Shown one piece after another: positions 36,635 through 47,044 of a DNA stretch of 64,000 nt; the stretch's first letter is position 1, and each line of letters begins with the position of its first letter. Source of the DNA: Plasmodiophora brassicae (Eukaryota); contig CP145410.1 in assembly GCA_036867785.1 (NCBI GenBank), positions 868,001 through 932,000 of the forward strand. The letters run 5' to 3'. A model generated the notes under the pieces. The model worked only from the letters and a program-made list of their open reading frames with translations, made no database searches and was not told the origin of the DNA. The position numbers were made by a program, and so were the translations under genes.

Positions 36635-39600
36635 ATGACGGTCCTAACGGCTGGCAGCAGTCCCGCTCAGCTCGAATCCCTGCTACTGCAGCTGACGGTT
36701 CCAGATACCGCCGCCGTTCGTGCTGCGACTGCGGCGCTGAAACCCCTGTTGAACAAGGTGTCCAGCGTGCCTGCTCTGCTGTGCATCCTGTCGACATCGC
36801 AGCAGACGGCTGCTCGTCAGCTCAGTTCGGTGTACCTCCGTAAGAAGGTCGGCGCGCACTGGGGGAAACTCAAGGCGCAAGATCGAGTTCAATGTCAAGC
36901 TATCCTGATAGAAAGGTTGGCTACGGAACCGGAACGTGTCGTCAAGAACGCTATCGCCGGTGTCGTCACTGTTGTCGCCAAATACTCTCTTCCATCATCC
37001 TCCTGGCCTCAACTTCTTCCTTCCCTTGAAACAATGGCCCGCGGCCAAGATCCGACTATGCGAGAGATTGCCATTCGCGTCTTTCGTATCCTGCTGGGAT
37101 CCATCGGGTACGTCGTCTGCGTCTTATCTTATTACTCGAATTGTAATCTCTTTTACGCAGGAAGACAATGCGAGCACACCTACCCGTGCTTCGCGTCCTG
37201 TTCCAAGCGGCTCTTGATGACGCTGACGTGTCGGTGAGGCTGGAGGCGCTTAAAGCATTGTCATCGCTGGTGTCGTTCCTGACGGATCCGGCGTCGCTGG
37301 CGTGGTTCCAGTCCGTTCTCGGCTCAATCCTGGCGGCTCTCAGCGCATGCGTAACTTCCGACGAAGGCAATGCGGAAGCGGCTGTTGCCGCTATTGACGT
37401 TCTGGAGGAGCTCGCCGATGACCCGAAAGATGTTCTTGGCGGTCGCCTGGTCGATATCGTTCAATCCATTCTGGCGATTGCCGCCGATTCTCGTGTCGAG
37501 ATGGATATCCGGGAACGTTGTGCGTCCATGATTTCTTCAGTTGTCGACCATCGTGCGGCGAGCATTCTCGAGAGCCCTGCCCTTATCGACCAGCTGATTA
37601 ACGGGTCGATGACGATCCTGCTGGAGAGTTGCAACGCCGCAGTCGAGAACGGCGCTGATCGCGGAGCCGACGATGACGACGAGGAAGATGAGCACAGCGG
37701 CTCTTGCCGTGGTATGGCGGTACAAATTCTTGATCAGGTACAGAGCACGTGCTACCGTGGTCTGGTTCGTCTAACAGTGATAATAGATCATGCTGAACCT
37801 GCCGGATTCTGTCGTCTATCCTCGGGTGATGTCGGCGGTGACCACGTTCATGCGTCATGAAGCTGGTGGTGCTGCTTGGCGTCGCGCGGCCCTGTTCGCG
37901 TTAATGGTTTCTGTTGAGGGTGCCGCATCGGCAATGCGTTCCGATTTCGACTCTATCCTGTCCGTCGTGTTGCAAGGCCTGCACGACGTTGACACCGTTG
38001 TACGTGAAGCGGCCTGCCTGGCCATTGGGCAGCTGTCGGATCATATGACATCGTCAATGACGCCGGACCATGTTCGTCGTGTCATGCATGCCATCGTCCA
38101 CTGCCTCGATCAGCCAACGTCGACTCTTCGAGTCAAGCGAAAGCTCTGCCTCGCAATTGAGGTCAGCGGGTGTACCAACATTGTGCAACTGGTGACTGAT
38201 CGGGCTTCGCAGGCGATCTGCACTGAGGTTGACCAGGGCACTTGCAACGACTACATCGGCGCACTCGTCCAGCGCCTGTTTACGTTGGTTCGCGCCAATG
38301 GAGATGATATTTCGCTGCTGGAAGCGTCTTTGAACGCTCTTGCTGCTGTCGCGAAGAATGCTGGCAAGGAGTTCGCGCCGTATTTTAACGACACGATTCA
38401 GCTGGTCCACGCGGCGATGTCGTCATCTGATGAAGCGCATGAGCCACTTCGAGGCGCTGCTATGCGATGCGCTGGTGCCGTTCTCCTGGCTACTGGAGAG
38501 ACCACTCCATGCGAACCGTTGATGCAGTTGTCGCTAGCGGCTTTCCAGTCTGCCACCGACCCGTCGCTTCGGGAGTCTGCGTTCCACTTCTGGTCCCTCA
38601 TCGCACAGCTTCTGCAGTCGTCGTTCCAGCCATACCTTCAAACCGTCGTTCAACTTGCGCTTGACGCCATCGAGTCTGAAGATGGGATGAACTTCCGGTC
38701 AGTTGTTCACTTTCTTGTATTGACAGACATCAGGCTTATATCCAAGTAGGTCAACCAAAGCCGACCTTAACGCGGAATTCGGCGGCCACCAAGATGAGGA
38801 CGAGGACGAATCCCTCGGGGAGGACACTATCGAAGACGGAGACTGTATCGACGACAGTGATGCCGAGTCGCCGTTCCGCTGTTCGATCCTATCTGGGTAC
38901 CTTGATGAGAAAGTGGCTGCTGCCGACTGCTTGACGTCGATCTGCCGATGCACTGGACCGATTATGGTCCCCCTGATCAAACCGATCCAGGAGTGTTTTG
39001 AGTTGCTGGCGGAGTACCCGCATGAGAACATGCGCCTCGTTGCACTCAAGGGTTTGCACGACCTCACCGTCCAGGTCGGCACGCTGTACCCTTCGCAGGG
39101 CCCGACGCCGTCTGAAGAGGCACGTACCATGATCGATGCGACCATTCCCATTCTCGTCATTATGGTCACTGACGACGAATCCCGCGATGTCGTTGCCAGC
39201 GGCCTTGACGCGTTGCTATCGGTCATCACAACGTTCAAGGGCGACGTCTTCAACGACCACTTGCCCGACATTGTTCGGTGCATCACCCAGGTGCTGCAAT
39301 CGACGATTGAAGCTGACAAGTACCCCCTAGCGGACACCGAGAAGGACAGCATTCTGGACTCCTGTTGCGACCTCATCGGTGGCCTACCGCAGGCCCTGTC
39401 GACGGAAGTATCTGTTGCGATGGTTCGTGAACTGTGGGCGCCGCTTGGCACTCGCTTCTCGCAGGGCGATGCCTTGACGCAAGCGCTGATTATTGGCGCT
39501 CTCGGCGAGGCTGTCGATGCTCTCCAGGGTGCCATGCCGTCCGACATCGCGGTGCTGCCCATTGCCATGCAGGCACTCGCCAGCGATCATTGCCGTCTTC

Positions 39601-40168
39601 GTCGCAACGCTGCGTTCTGCGCTGGCGCATGCTTCGCTGCTTCTGGCATCGCTCCCCAGGACGCGTCCCGGTTCTCATCGGTTCTTCTTGATCTTCTCGC
39701 CGCACCGATCCCTGTTAATGATGACCATGCCATGGCCGCCGTGGACAACGTCTGCAGCGCGCTCTGCAAACTTGTCGCTGGGCCGTCGCGTTGCACGTTC
39801 GATCCTCTCCGCGTCTTCGAGGCTGTCATTGGAGCGTGCCCTCTCAAGGTCCGGTGCTTTGGCGGTTTGTTTATGTCGCTCCAGCTGATGATTTTCTGCA
39901 GGTTGACATGGATGAATGCCGACCTGTCTACACAGCACTGGCGACGGCGTTGTGGACGAACCTTCCTCCGCAGGCGCGTTCCGGTGCAGCCGCCCACGCC
40001 CTGGTCTCCAAATGCGCCGCTGGCATCTGCCAGGCCGACACCGACGAAGTGAAGTCGGCGATCGCTGCCGTTCTCCAGCCCGTCCTACGTGAAGTCGCCG
40101 CCGACGTCAACCTGGCAGCACTGTCGCCCGAAGAGCAAGACGTTTGCAGGCGACTCATGCAATGCTGA
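36635..40168 (+). CDS. IPO4: Importin-beta family protein, importin-4/Kap123-like, multi-exon
   Basis: N-terminal LTVPDTAAVRAATAALK..ARQLSSVYLRKK..HW. HEAT repeats (VREAACLAIGQLSDH), an acidic loop followed by DEK.AA, RRNAAFCAG and DNVCSAL. Confidence 0.85.
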
Positions 40169-40291
40169 AATCGTGTCACATCGAAACATGCATTACAGAA
40201 ACGTTCAGACCATGTCGGAACCGGGTAGCGTACGTGCTACTCTACTGCTTGTGTGATGAACCGATGACAGTCATGACTGACGAGGAAGCAC

Positions 40292-41710
40292 GTGCGGCTG
40301 ACAGTCCCAGTCGAGTCGCTTCACATAAAACCGGCGGCGTCCATCGATCCGGCTGGCGACGGGCTCGTACTAATGCCCCTGCTCGATGTTCCCGGGACGC
40401 CGCATCGGCGTTGCGCTGGCTTCAAGAACGTCAGTCTGGGTGTGGACTGCGTCCTGAGCTGGGAGAAGCAATCCGGCGATACCACCGGAAAGTCTGCCCG
40501 CCGTCACGGAAAGGCGTACCGGTCGCCACCGCCCTCCGCCGTCTTCCCTGACCTGCCGGCCAACGCCATCCCCAGATGGGACTCGGAAATGCATAGCCAG
40601 TTCCATCCGCACGACCCATCCGTCCTCCGGGTCTCCGTGCCCGACCACCTGAAACCGCTCATCAGTCATATCGCTCACATCGTTGCTGAGCACAGACGAC
40701 CAGACCAGACAACGGGACCGCCCCCGTCCGCAGAGGGGCATCTCCAAGTACCACTTTCCTCATCGTCGCCTTCTGGCCCTCCACCCGCTAAGGACCCTGT
40801 AGCCGCGTCGGCAACTGCTGAACCAATCGCGACCTATGAGGACAAGTCGCAGCATCGGCCTCGGCCGAGTGATATGGACCCTCCTGCAGTCAGTGAACCT
40901 TCGCCAGCGAAGTCCGCACCAGACGCATCGACCAAGACTCAGTCGAAGAAGGGGAAGAAGTCTGTTCGATCATCAAGCCCTACGAAGCCGCCCACAACGA
41001 CTACGCCGTCTGTCATTGACGATGAGGCCGATGCCCCGCAAAGGTTCGCGTCGTCCGTCAAATCGCAGCGATCTGCACGACGGGAGCAAGGAGCGCAGCA
41101 ACCGGTGGGCAAGCCGGCAGACGCGGCAGCGAAGCCTGAAGATGGACCGGTGGCGAACACGTTGCTACTTGACGCTCCTCGTCGTCGCCGTCCGAAGGCG
41201 CCGTTGCCGAGTGCAGAGGAGCTTCAAGAGCGCGACCGTCAGCGTCGTGCTGCGCAACGTCAGATACGCGCGAAATGGGACCATCGACGCAAGCAGGCGG
41301 CTTGCACCATGGGCGACATGACGCGTTCGTTATCGGATACGGCTGTCGCCTTTTACTACGGCCGCCGCCCATTCGCCACGTTCGGCGAGCGCCTCGACTC
41401 GCACCTGTCGTTCAACATTACGCCAGAGCTGTACCCGAATCGTCCCCAGACGACGCAGACTGTGGATTCGGCCATTGAACGCGCCCTGGTCGCCCGCGGC
41501 CCCATCATGATCGGGTGCAAGGATCGCATTCGTCGCCTACAGCGCAAGAGGACCTATGATCGCCTGCAGAGACGGCAAGAAGCCCTGAGCCGGCTTCGTA
41601 CACCCGCTGCCCCCGGCCAGCATCCGCAAGAGCATCCTGTTCGAACCGAGAAGCAGAAGACACCGTCGCAAAGACAGGCCCCCGCTGATGGGTACTTTGT
41701 CCAGCTGTGA
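40292..41710 (+). CDS. Hypothetical low-complexity protein (true start probably in an upstream exon near 40212)
   Basis: 472-codon Pro/Ser/Lys-rich ORF; no recognisable domain. Confidence 0.5.
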   Translation: MRLTVPVESLHIKPAASIDPAGDGLVLMPLLDVPGTPHRRCAGFKNVSLGVDCVLSWEKQSGDTTGKSARRHGKAYRSPPPSAVFPDLPANAIPRWDSEMHSQFHPHDPSVLRVSVPDHLKPLISHIAHIVAEHRRPDQTTGPPPSAEGHLQVPLSSSSPSGPPPAKDPVAASATAEPIATYEDKSQHRPRPSDMDPPAVSEPSPAKSAPDASTKTQSKKGKKSVRSSSPTKPPTTTTPSVIDDEADAPQRFASSVKSQRSARREQGAQQPVGKPADAAAKPEDGPVANTLLLDAPRRRRPKAPLPSAEELQERDRQRRAAQRQIRAKWDHRRKQAACTMGDMTRSLSDTAVAFYYGRRPFATFGERLDSHLSFNITPELYPNRPQTTQTVDSAIERALVARGPIMIGCKDRIRRLQRKRTYDRLQRRQEALSRLRTPAAPGQHPQEHPVRTEKQKTPSQRQAPADGYFVQL

Positions 41711-41766
41711 TGCATGCCTTACCGAAACCCATTATAAACGGCGAACGACGAAGTGTGTATTGATGA

Positions 41767-42564
41767 TCAGTGGGAGTACCTGCGAGCCCAGAAGATGATC
41801 ATCTCTGCGAACAGCATGTGAACAACAGTGAAGATGAGAGGGTCCACGACGTCGGCGCCGCTGACAACGCGACCGATGCGGAACGTGGCGAAGACGAGGG
41901 CGCCAATGTAATTCCTGATCATGTTTTCACGATGCAGGCTGATGCGCATGCGCGCCTTGACGTTGTACATGGCCGTCGAGATCGTCGCCAGGAAGTAGAC
42001 GTTGAGGAAGAAGAGCGACCAGGCCTCCAGAGGGCCGTTCCGCGAGATCATACTGCAGACGAAGGCGCACGGGATACAGAACATCTCGGCGACGACGTAG
42101 ATCACGCCCAGCCAGCGGTGCGGTGTGGAGTCCCCGTATCCAAGGAACCCCAGCGCCAGCTGGACCGGGCCGATGATCAGGACGAACGTTGCCGACGTGA
42201 TGTGAACCCCGATCCAGCCCAGGTTGACATGATGTTGCTCTCCACGGTACAGGATGGCCGTGGACTCGTGCCAATCGGTCGCGTAGGGTAGCACGACGAT
42301 GTACAACGTGATGAATATACCGACTTCCAGGGCCAGCGTCCCAGCGACGACGAGGCGGGGGTCCAGGCGCCGATGCACAGGGACCTTGGCTTTGCTTACG
42401 TGGGCGCCGGAGGCAATTTCGCCAGTTTCGTGAGCGACTTTGAGCGTAACCTCTGTGCTGGAGGTTGCCCCTGCGACCAGTGCCCCGGGAGTTCCAGGGC
42501 CGGCCATTGCTGTTGCTGCCTTGCTGATGTCGTCGCCGCTGCCAGCCAACCCGACACCCGACAT
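41767..42564 (-). CDS. DUF2306-like membrane protein, paralog 1 (intronless)
   Basis: HITSATFVLIIGPVQL..HRWLGVIYV..HRENMIRNY; about 6 TM helices. Confidence 0.75.
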   Translation of the reverse strand: MSGVGLAGSGDDISKAATAMAGPGTPGALVAGATSSTEVTLKVAHETGEIASGAHVSKAKVPVHRRLDPRLVVAGTLALEVGIFITLYIVVLPYATDWHESTAILYRGEQHHVNLGWIGVHITSATFVLIIGPVQLALGFLGYGDSTPHRWLGVIYVVAEMFCIPCAFVCSMISRNGPLEAWSLFFLNVYFLATISTAMYNVKARMRISLHRENMIRNYIGALVFATFRIGRVVSGADVVDPLIFTVVHMLFAEMIIFWARRYSH

Positions 42565-43132
42565 GAATGATCCGAGGTGACAAATAGTACGCTTAACGAT
42601 CCCGGAAACAATCACCTAGCCCTCACAAAGGTTAACGAAGCATATTATAGGGAGCAGTGGGGTACCATGTCGCCTCCATGTGTCCTAGTTGATCGTACTA
42701 TCACGAGATTTCGCTGTTACCTGGATCGTACTAACGATGTCAGCGAGTCGCCTGGCCGGCGAGGGCCCCTTTGTTTCAAACCTTACAGCGCGTCGATTAT
42801 GGCAGTGCTGCGAACGAACGGCACCCTTCCTGAACAGAAATGCGGGTTCCGCTCAGGACCATCGACAATCGGCAGGCGGTTCGTTGTAGGCCGATAACAG
42901 GAGACGGGACGTAACAAGCGAACCGAAGACACAGTGTCGTGTGGAGTCCTGTGTCGTTCGGGCACTTCACGACGACATGCACGCCTGCGCGTTCGCCTCG
43001 GCGGCAATCGGTCGGAACGGCCTGCGCCGATGAAGTAACCGCGGGCCGGGTGCTCCTACACAGGATATCGCACTCGCATATGTATTGGTTCGCCATGCTT
43101 CAACACGTTTATTGGGTACACCCAATTCCAGT

Positions 43133-43170
43133 ATGTGTGTGAGTGTGTGCGTGCGCGTGCGTGTGTGCGC
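43133..43170. repeat. Imperfect (TG/CG)n microsatellite
   Basis: tgtgtgtgagtgtgtgcgtgcgcgtgcgtgtgtgcgc. Confidence 0.7.
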
Positions 43171-43217
43171 CTGGTGCGGGCATGTTCAAGGAGAGGTCAC
43201 CTGCGGCCTTTGATTGT

Positions 43218-44024
43218 TCACATTCCGCACTTGTGTGTCCACCAGACGAGGGCCTCTGCGAAAACGAGGTGGGCGACCCCGAGTATAAGTGGATTGCCGA
43301 AATCGGTCTCGTTGATGCGTCGCCCGATGCGGAACGTGGCGAAGAACAGGGCGCCGATGTAATTCCTGATCATGTTGTCCCGATGCGCGCGGATCCGCAA
43401 GCGGGCCTTGATGCTGTACATGGCCATGGAGAGGGTTCCCAGCCAGTAGATGTCGAGGAGGAAGAGCGACCAGGCCTCCAGGGCGCCGTTCCGCGAGATC
43501 ATACTGCAGACGAAGGCGCACGGGATGGAGAACATCTGGGCGACGACGTACACCACGCCCAGCCAACGATGAGCCGTGGAGTCGCCATAGTCCAGGTATC
43601 CCAGCGCCAGCTGGACCGGGCCGATGATCAGGACGAACGTTGCCGACGTGATGTGAACGCCGATCCAACCCAGGTGGACCTGGTCCTGCTCTCCGCGATA
43701 CAGGATCGTTGTTGATTCGGTCCAGTCCGTCGCGTACGGCAGTACGACGAGGTACAACGTGACGAAGACACCCGCCTCCACGGCCACCATCAAAGCGACG
43801 ATCAGTACTCGACGGTCAATGCTTCGAAGTATAGGGATGCCGCTTGCGTTTCTGGCTTGCGTGGTGACATCCGGTCGTACGCCATCGTTCAGTTTGATCG
43901 TGATGTCTTCGGTCGCAGTGGCCCCGGCTTCCAGCGGAGCGAGGGCCTTGGAACCAGGTATCGTCGACGCAGCGTTCCCGTCTGTGCTGGTGGCATCGCC
44001 AACAACCGGGCCGATCACCGACAT
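43218..44024 (-). CDS. DUF2306-like membrane protein, paralog 2 (intronless)
   Basis: Same motifs as paralog 1: HITSATFVLIIGPVQL, HRWLGVVYV and HRDNMIRNY. Confidence 0.78.
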   Translation of the reverse strand: MSVIGPVVGDATSTDGNAASTIPGSKALAPLEAGATATEDITIKLNDGVRPDVTTQARNASGIPILRSIDRRVLIVALMVAVEAGVFVTLYLVVLPYATDWTESTTILYRGEQDQVHLGWIGVHITSATFVLIIGPVQLALGYLDYGDSTAHRWLGVVYVVAQMFSIPCAFVCSMISRNGALEAWSLFLLDIYWLGTLSMAMYSIKARLRIRAHRDNMIRNYIGALFFATFRIGRRINETDFGNPLILGVAHLVFAEALVWWTHKCGM

Positions 44025-44214
44025 CGTAACCTATTACACACAGTGGCGTACGGCAACGCGATCGTCATTAACGTATACGACCTTGGTGGGGCTAATGTAG
44101 GCGACCCCATGGTGTTGCCGCCGGCAAGCGAGGGGGCGCTCGTCTGTACGGCATGCAGTCGCGATGCAAGCCCCATCAAATAAGGTCGCACACAGGTGCG
44201 TATGTATTGAGGGG

Positions 44215-44955
44215 TCAGATGGCGTATCTGTTCGCCCACCAGACGAGGACCTCCGCGAACAGCATGTGGGCGATCGCGAGTATGAGCGGGTTGCCGAAGT
44301 CGGTGTCGTTGATGCGCCGTCCGATGCGGAATGTGGCGAAGAACAGGGCGCCAATGTAATTCCTGATCATGTTGTCCTGGTGCTTGCGGATCCGCAACCG
44401 GACCAAGATGTTGTACATGGCCATCGCAAGCGTCGCCAGCCAGTAAACGTTGAGGAAGAACAGCGACCAGCCCTCCAGCGGGCCGTTCCGAGTAATAATG
44501 CTCATGACGAAAGCGCACGGAATGGAGAACATTTGAGCGGTCACGTAAACGACGCCCAGCCAGCGGTGCGCTGTGGAATCGCCGTATCCAATGGTGCCCA
44601 GCGCCACCTGGACCGGGCCGATCATCAGGACGAACGTTGCCGACGTGATGTGTACGGCGGCCCAGCCCAAGTGGACCTGGTCCTGCTCTCCGCGATAAAG
44701 AATCGCTGTGGACTCTGCCCAGTTGGTGGCATACGGCAGCGCCACGATGTACAATGTGATGAGGACGCCGACCTCCAAGACCAGCATCAACGCGACGACG
44801 ACTCGCGTATCCGCACGACGGAGCTCACGAACGCTTACAGCCTTGGCTTGCGGGACGACGCTTTCGCCCGCTTCGCGTTCCACCTTGAGCGTGATGTCGG
44901 CTGTAGCCGTTGCCCCTGCGGCTATCGGCAGGTCGGGCCCGAGCGAACTAGCCAT
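44215..44955 (-). CDS. DUF2306-like membrane protein, paralog 3 (intronless)
   Basis: HITSATFVLMIGPVQV, HRWLGVVYV and HQDNMIRNY; first in-frame ATG at 44955. Confidence 0.78.
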   Translation of the reverse strand: MASSLGPDLPIAAGATATADITLKVEREAGESVVPQAKAVSVRELRRADTRVVVALMLVLEVGVLITLYIVALPYATNWAESTAILYRGEQDQVHLGWAAVHITSATFVLMIGPVQVALGTIGYGDSTAHRWLGVVYVTAQMFSIPCAFVMSIITRNGPLEGWSLFFLNVYWLATLAMAMYNILVRLRIRKHQDNMIRNYIGALFFATFRIGRRINDTDFGNPLILAIAHMLFAEVLVWWANRYAI

Positions 44956-45121
44956 TGGCGTCACGTTAACTGGCTTCCGAGTGGCGACCTACCCACCCGC
45001 CGCGTGTCGACATGAAAGTACACCGATCCGGAATAGATCGAAGCTAATGGCATTCAGAATGGTACACCATGGCGCACGGCCTTGACCCTCAGGTAGCGTC
45101 ACAGGACGTGATCAATACTAT

Positions 45122-46357
45122 TTAGAGAAACGAGTGCTCTTCCATGTTGCCTTTCTGCCTATAGTGGCGTCGCTGGTTGAGGCGATCCTCGACGGTGTCA
45201 TTCGAGTCCAAGTAGGCCTGCTTGCGGGCCGACTGGATGAACGTTGCCGACTGAGGAGCATCCGCCCCGCGAACGTGCAGATCCGCCTGCTCCTGACGAG
45301 CAATGACGTCGGCAGCGTCAGCGGCAGCCGATCGGGCAGCATGATGGGCGTCGGCATCTGCCTGCATGGCGGCAAGACGTGCGGCCCTCTCCTCTTGCGT
45401 CAGCGCGCTGTTCTTCGACGATGCAACGTCGCGCTGGCGCCGAGGTGCAAGTCGATCCCGTCGCCGGCTCCCGTTCCTGCTGTCATCGCGATACCTGTGC
45501 CTGTCATCCTTTTCCTCGTCCCTTTCCGGCGATCGCGACCTCGAGGCACTATGGTGACGATGCCGGTGGCGCCGTGGAGAGTGTGATTGAGGGCGATGGA
45601 GACGACGCGGTGAGCGCGATCGGGAGCGACGACGATGGCGAGGGGAGCGAGACCGACGAGAATACTGTTCCGTCCGAGACACGATCAATCCGTACGGATC
45701 ATCATCACCGCCATCGTCGTCCTTGTGCTTGCGGTCAGCGTTGGCGTTGGCGTCGGCGTCACGTGCCGCCTTCTCCGCTCGTCGTTTCTCTTTGCGTTCC
45801 TGCTTTTCGACTTTCTTCAGCGCCTTCTTCAGCTTCTTGCTGCGATCGACGTCGTCGCGAATCCGCCTCATCTCCAGCGGGTTTCGGAGAATCCGCAGCC
45901 GCTGCTGATGCTCCTGCTGAAGAATTGCCAGCATCGGGTCCTCCCTTATTCTGGTCTCAGCATCCAAATCCCGGCGCTCGTACTTCCCAATCCATCGGTC
46001 GGCGTCCAATGTAGGCGGCGGTGCCGACACGTCAGGCGTGGGCTCCTGCAATTCCGATGACGGGATGGTTTTGCCCAGCAGGAATTCTTCTCGTTCCTTA
46101 TCGCGTTGCTGGGCCTCGACATCGGCGGACCTATACATCCAATCGAGGCGCTCGACATGTTTCGTGCCGCCGCGCTGCAGTTGCAGCTTGCGCAGCTCCT
46201 CGACCTGACGCTCCTCCTCGATCTCCTTGCGCAGTTGCGCCAACTTGGACTTCTCGGCCGCATCCTTCTGCTCGGCCAGCCACACCTTCTCGGCATTGGC
46301 GATCGTCGCCGTATGCCAGCTCTTCTTGTTCAGGAACGACAGGCCGCCCTTCCCCAT
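45122..46357 (-). CDS. CWC25: Pre-mRNA splicing factor CWC25
   Basis: GGLSFLNKKSWH..N.EKVWLAEQ, ERLDWMY, EEFLLGK, IREDPML and an RS-rich tail. Confidence 0.93.
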   Translation of the reverse strand: MGKGGLSFLNKKSWHTATIANAEKVWLAEQKDAAEKSKLAQLRKEIEEERQVEELRKLQLQRGGTKHVERLDWMYRSADVEAQQRDKEREEFLLGKTIPSSELQEPTPDVSAPPPTLDADRWIGKYERRDLDAETRIREDPMLAILQQEHQQRLRILRNPLEMRRIRDDVDRSKKLKKALKKVEKQERKEKRRAEKAARDADANANADRKHKDDDGGDDDPYGLIVSRTEQYSRRSRSPRHRRRSRSRSPRRLHRPQSHSPRRHRHRHHSASRSRSPERDEEKDDRHRYRDDSRNGSRRRDRLAPRRQRDVASSKNSALTQEERAARLAAMQADADAHHAARSAAADAADVIARQEQADLHVRGADAPQSATFIQSARKQAYLDSNDTVEDRLNQRRHYRQKGNMEEHSFL

Positions 46358-46838
46358 TGCGGCCACTGTCCAACTGCGCCGCGACGCACAAAATATTGTC
46401 CGCCAACGACGTGTCCGTTTTTCTGCCAGTCGGCGCTCTGCTCAGCACTCAGCCGCTGCCCCGTTTCAAGGTTGCGAGATCTAGTTATAACTTTTTTTGA
46501 TGTAACTAGTTACATTAATTATAACTTGTTATAACTCGAGGCCGGATTTAGGGGGGCTAGTTATAACTGCCTTAGTAGGGGGGCCGCTCCCACGATATGC
46601 GCACCAAGGGGGTGCCGGCAGGCGGCAACTGCAGACTGCAGCTGTCCGGTGTCCGTGTTTGCGAGGCTTGGGGTTGGAGGCTTGGAGCGTCGACTTCACA
46701 GAGTGACTGAGACGCACAGTCTGTGACCATGACTTCGTACAATGGCCTCCCCAACTCACTACCCATTGGCGGCAATTCGTACGCGTTGGCTTATGAACAT
46801 GTTTATTCGCAAGTATTGATCATGTTCAAATTACAGGG

Positions 46839-47035
46839 TGTGCTAACGCCGCCGCTGCCCACTACGGGGGCGGTCGGTCGCAAGAGTCGGCGCCTGGTGA
46901 TATAACGAACTGATGTATTTGGACAGGATCGTCACAGCAAGGGCCGCTGCGGGGTCGAGTACGGTCATGATCATGTGACCGGGTGGCAGCAGCATCTGAG
47001 CAGCATCATCTGAGTACTGGTACTCTGGATGAACA
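46839..47035 (-). repeat. 3' LTR
   Basis: Identical by eye to 51978-52174. Confidence 0.95.
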
Positions 47036-47044
47036 CTCCCCGTG

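Noticed and set aside
46480-46570. TAGTTATAACT repeats as a CRISPR array or replication origin
   Set aside because: The repeats are short, irregularly spaced and mirrored at 52860-52940. They are explained as transposon subterminal repeats, and no cas genes are present.
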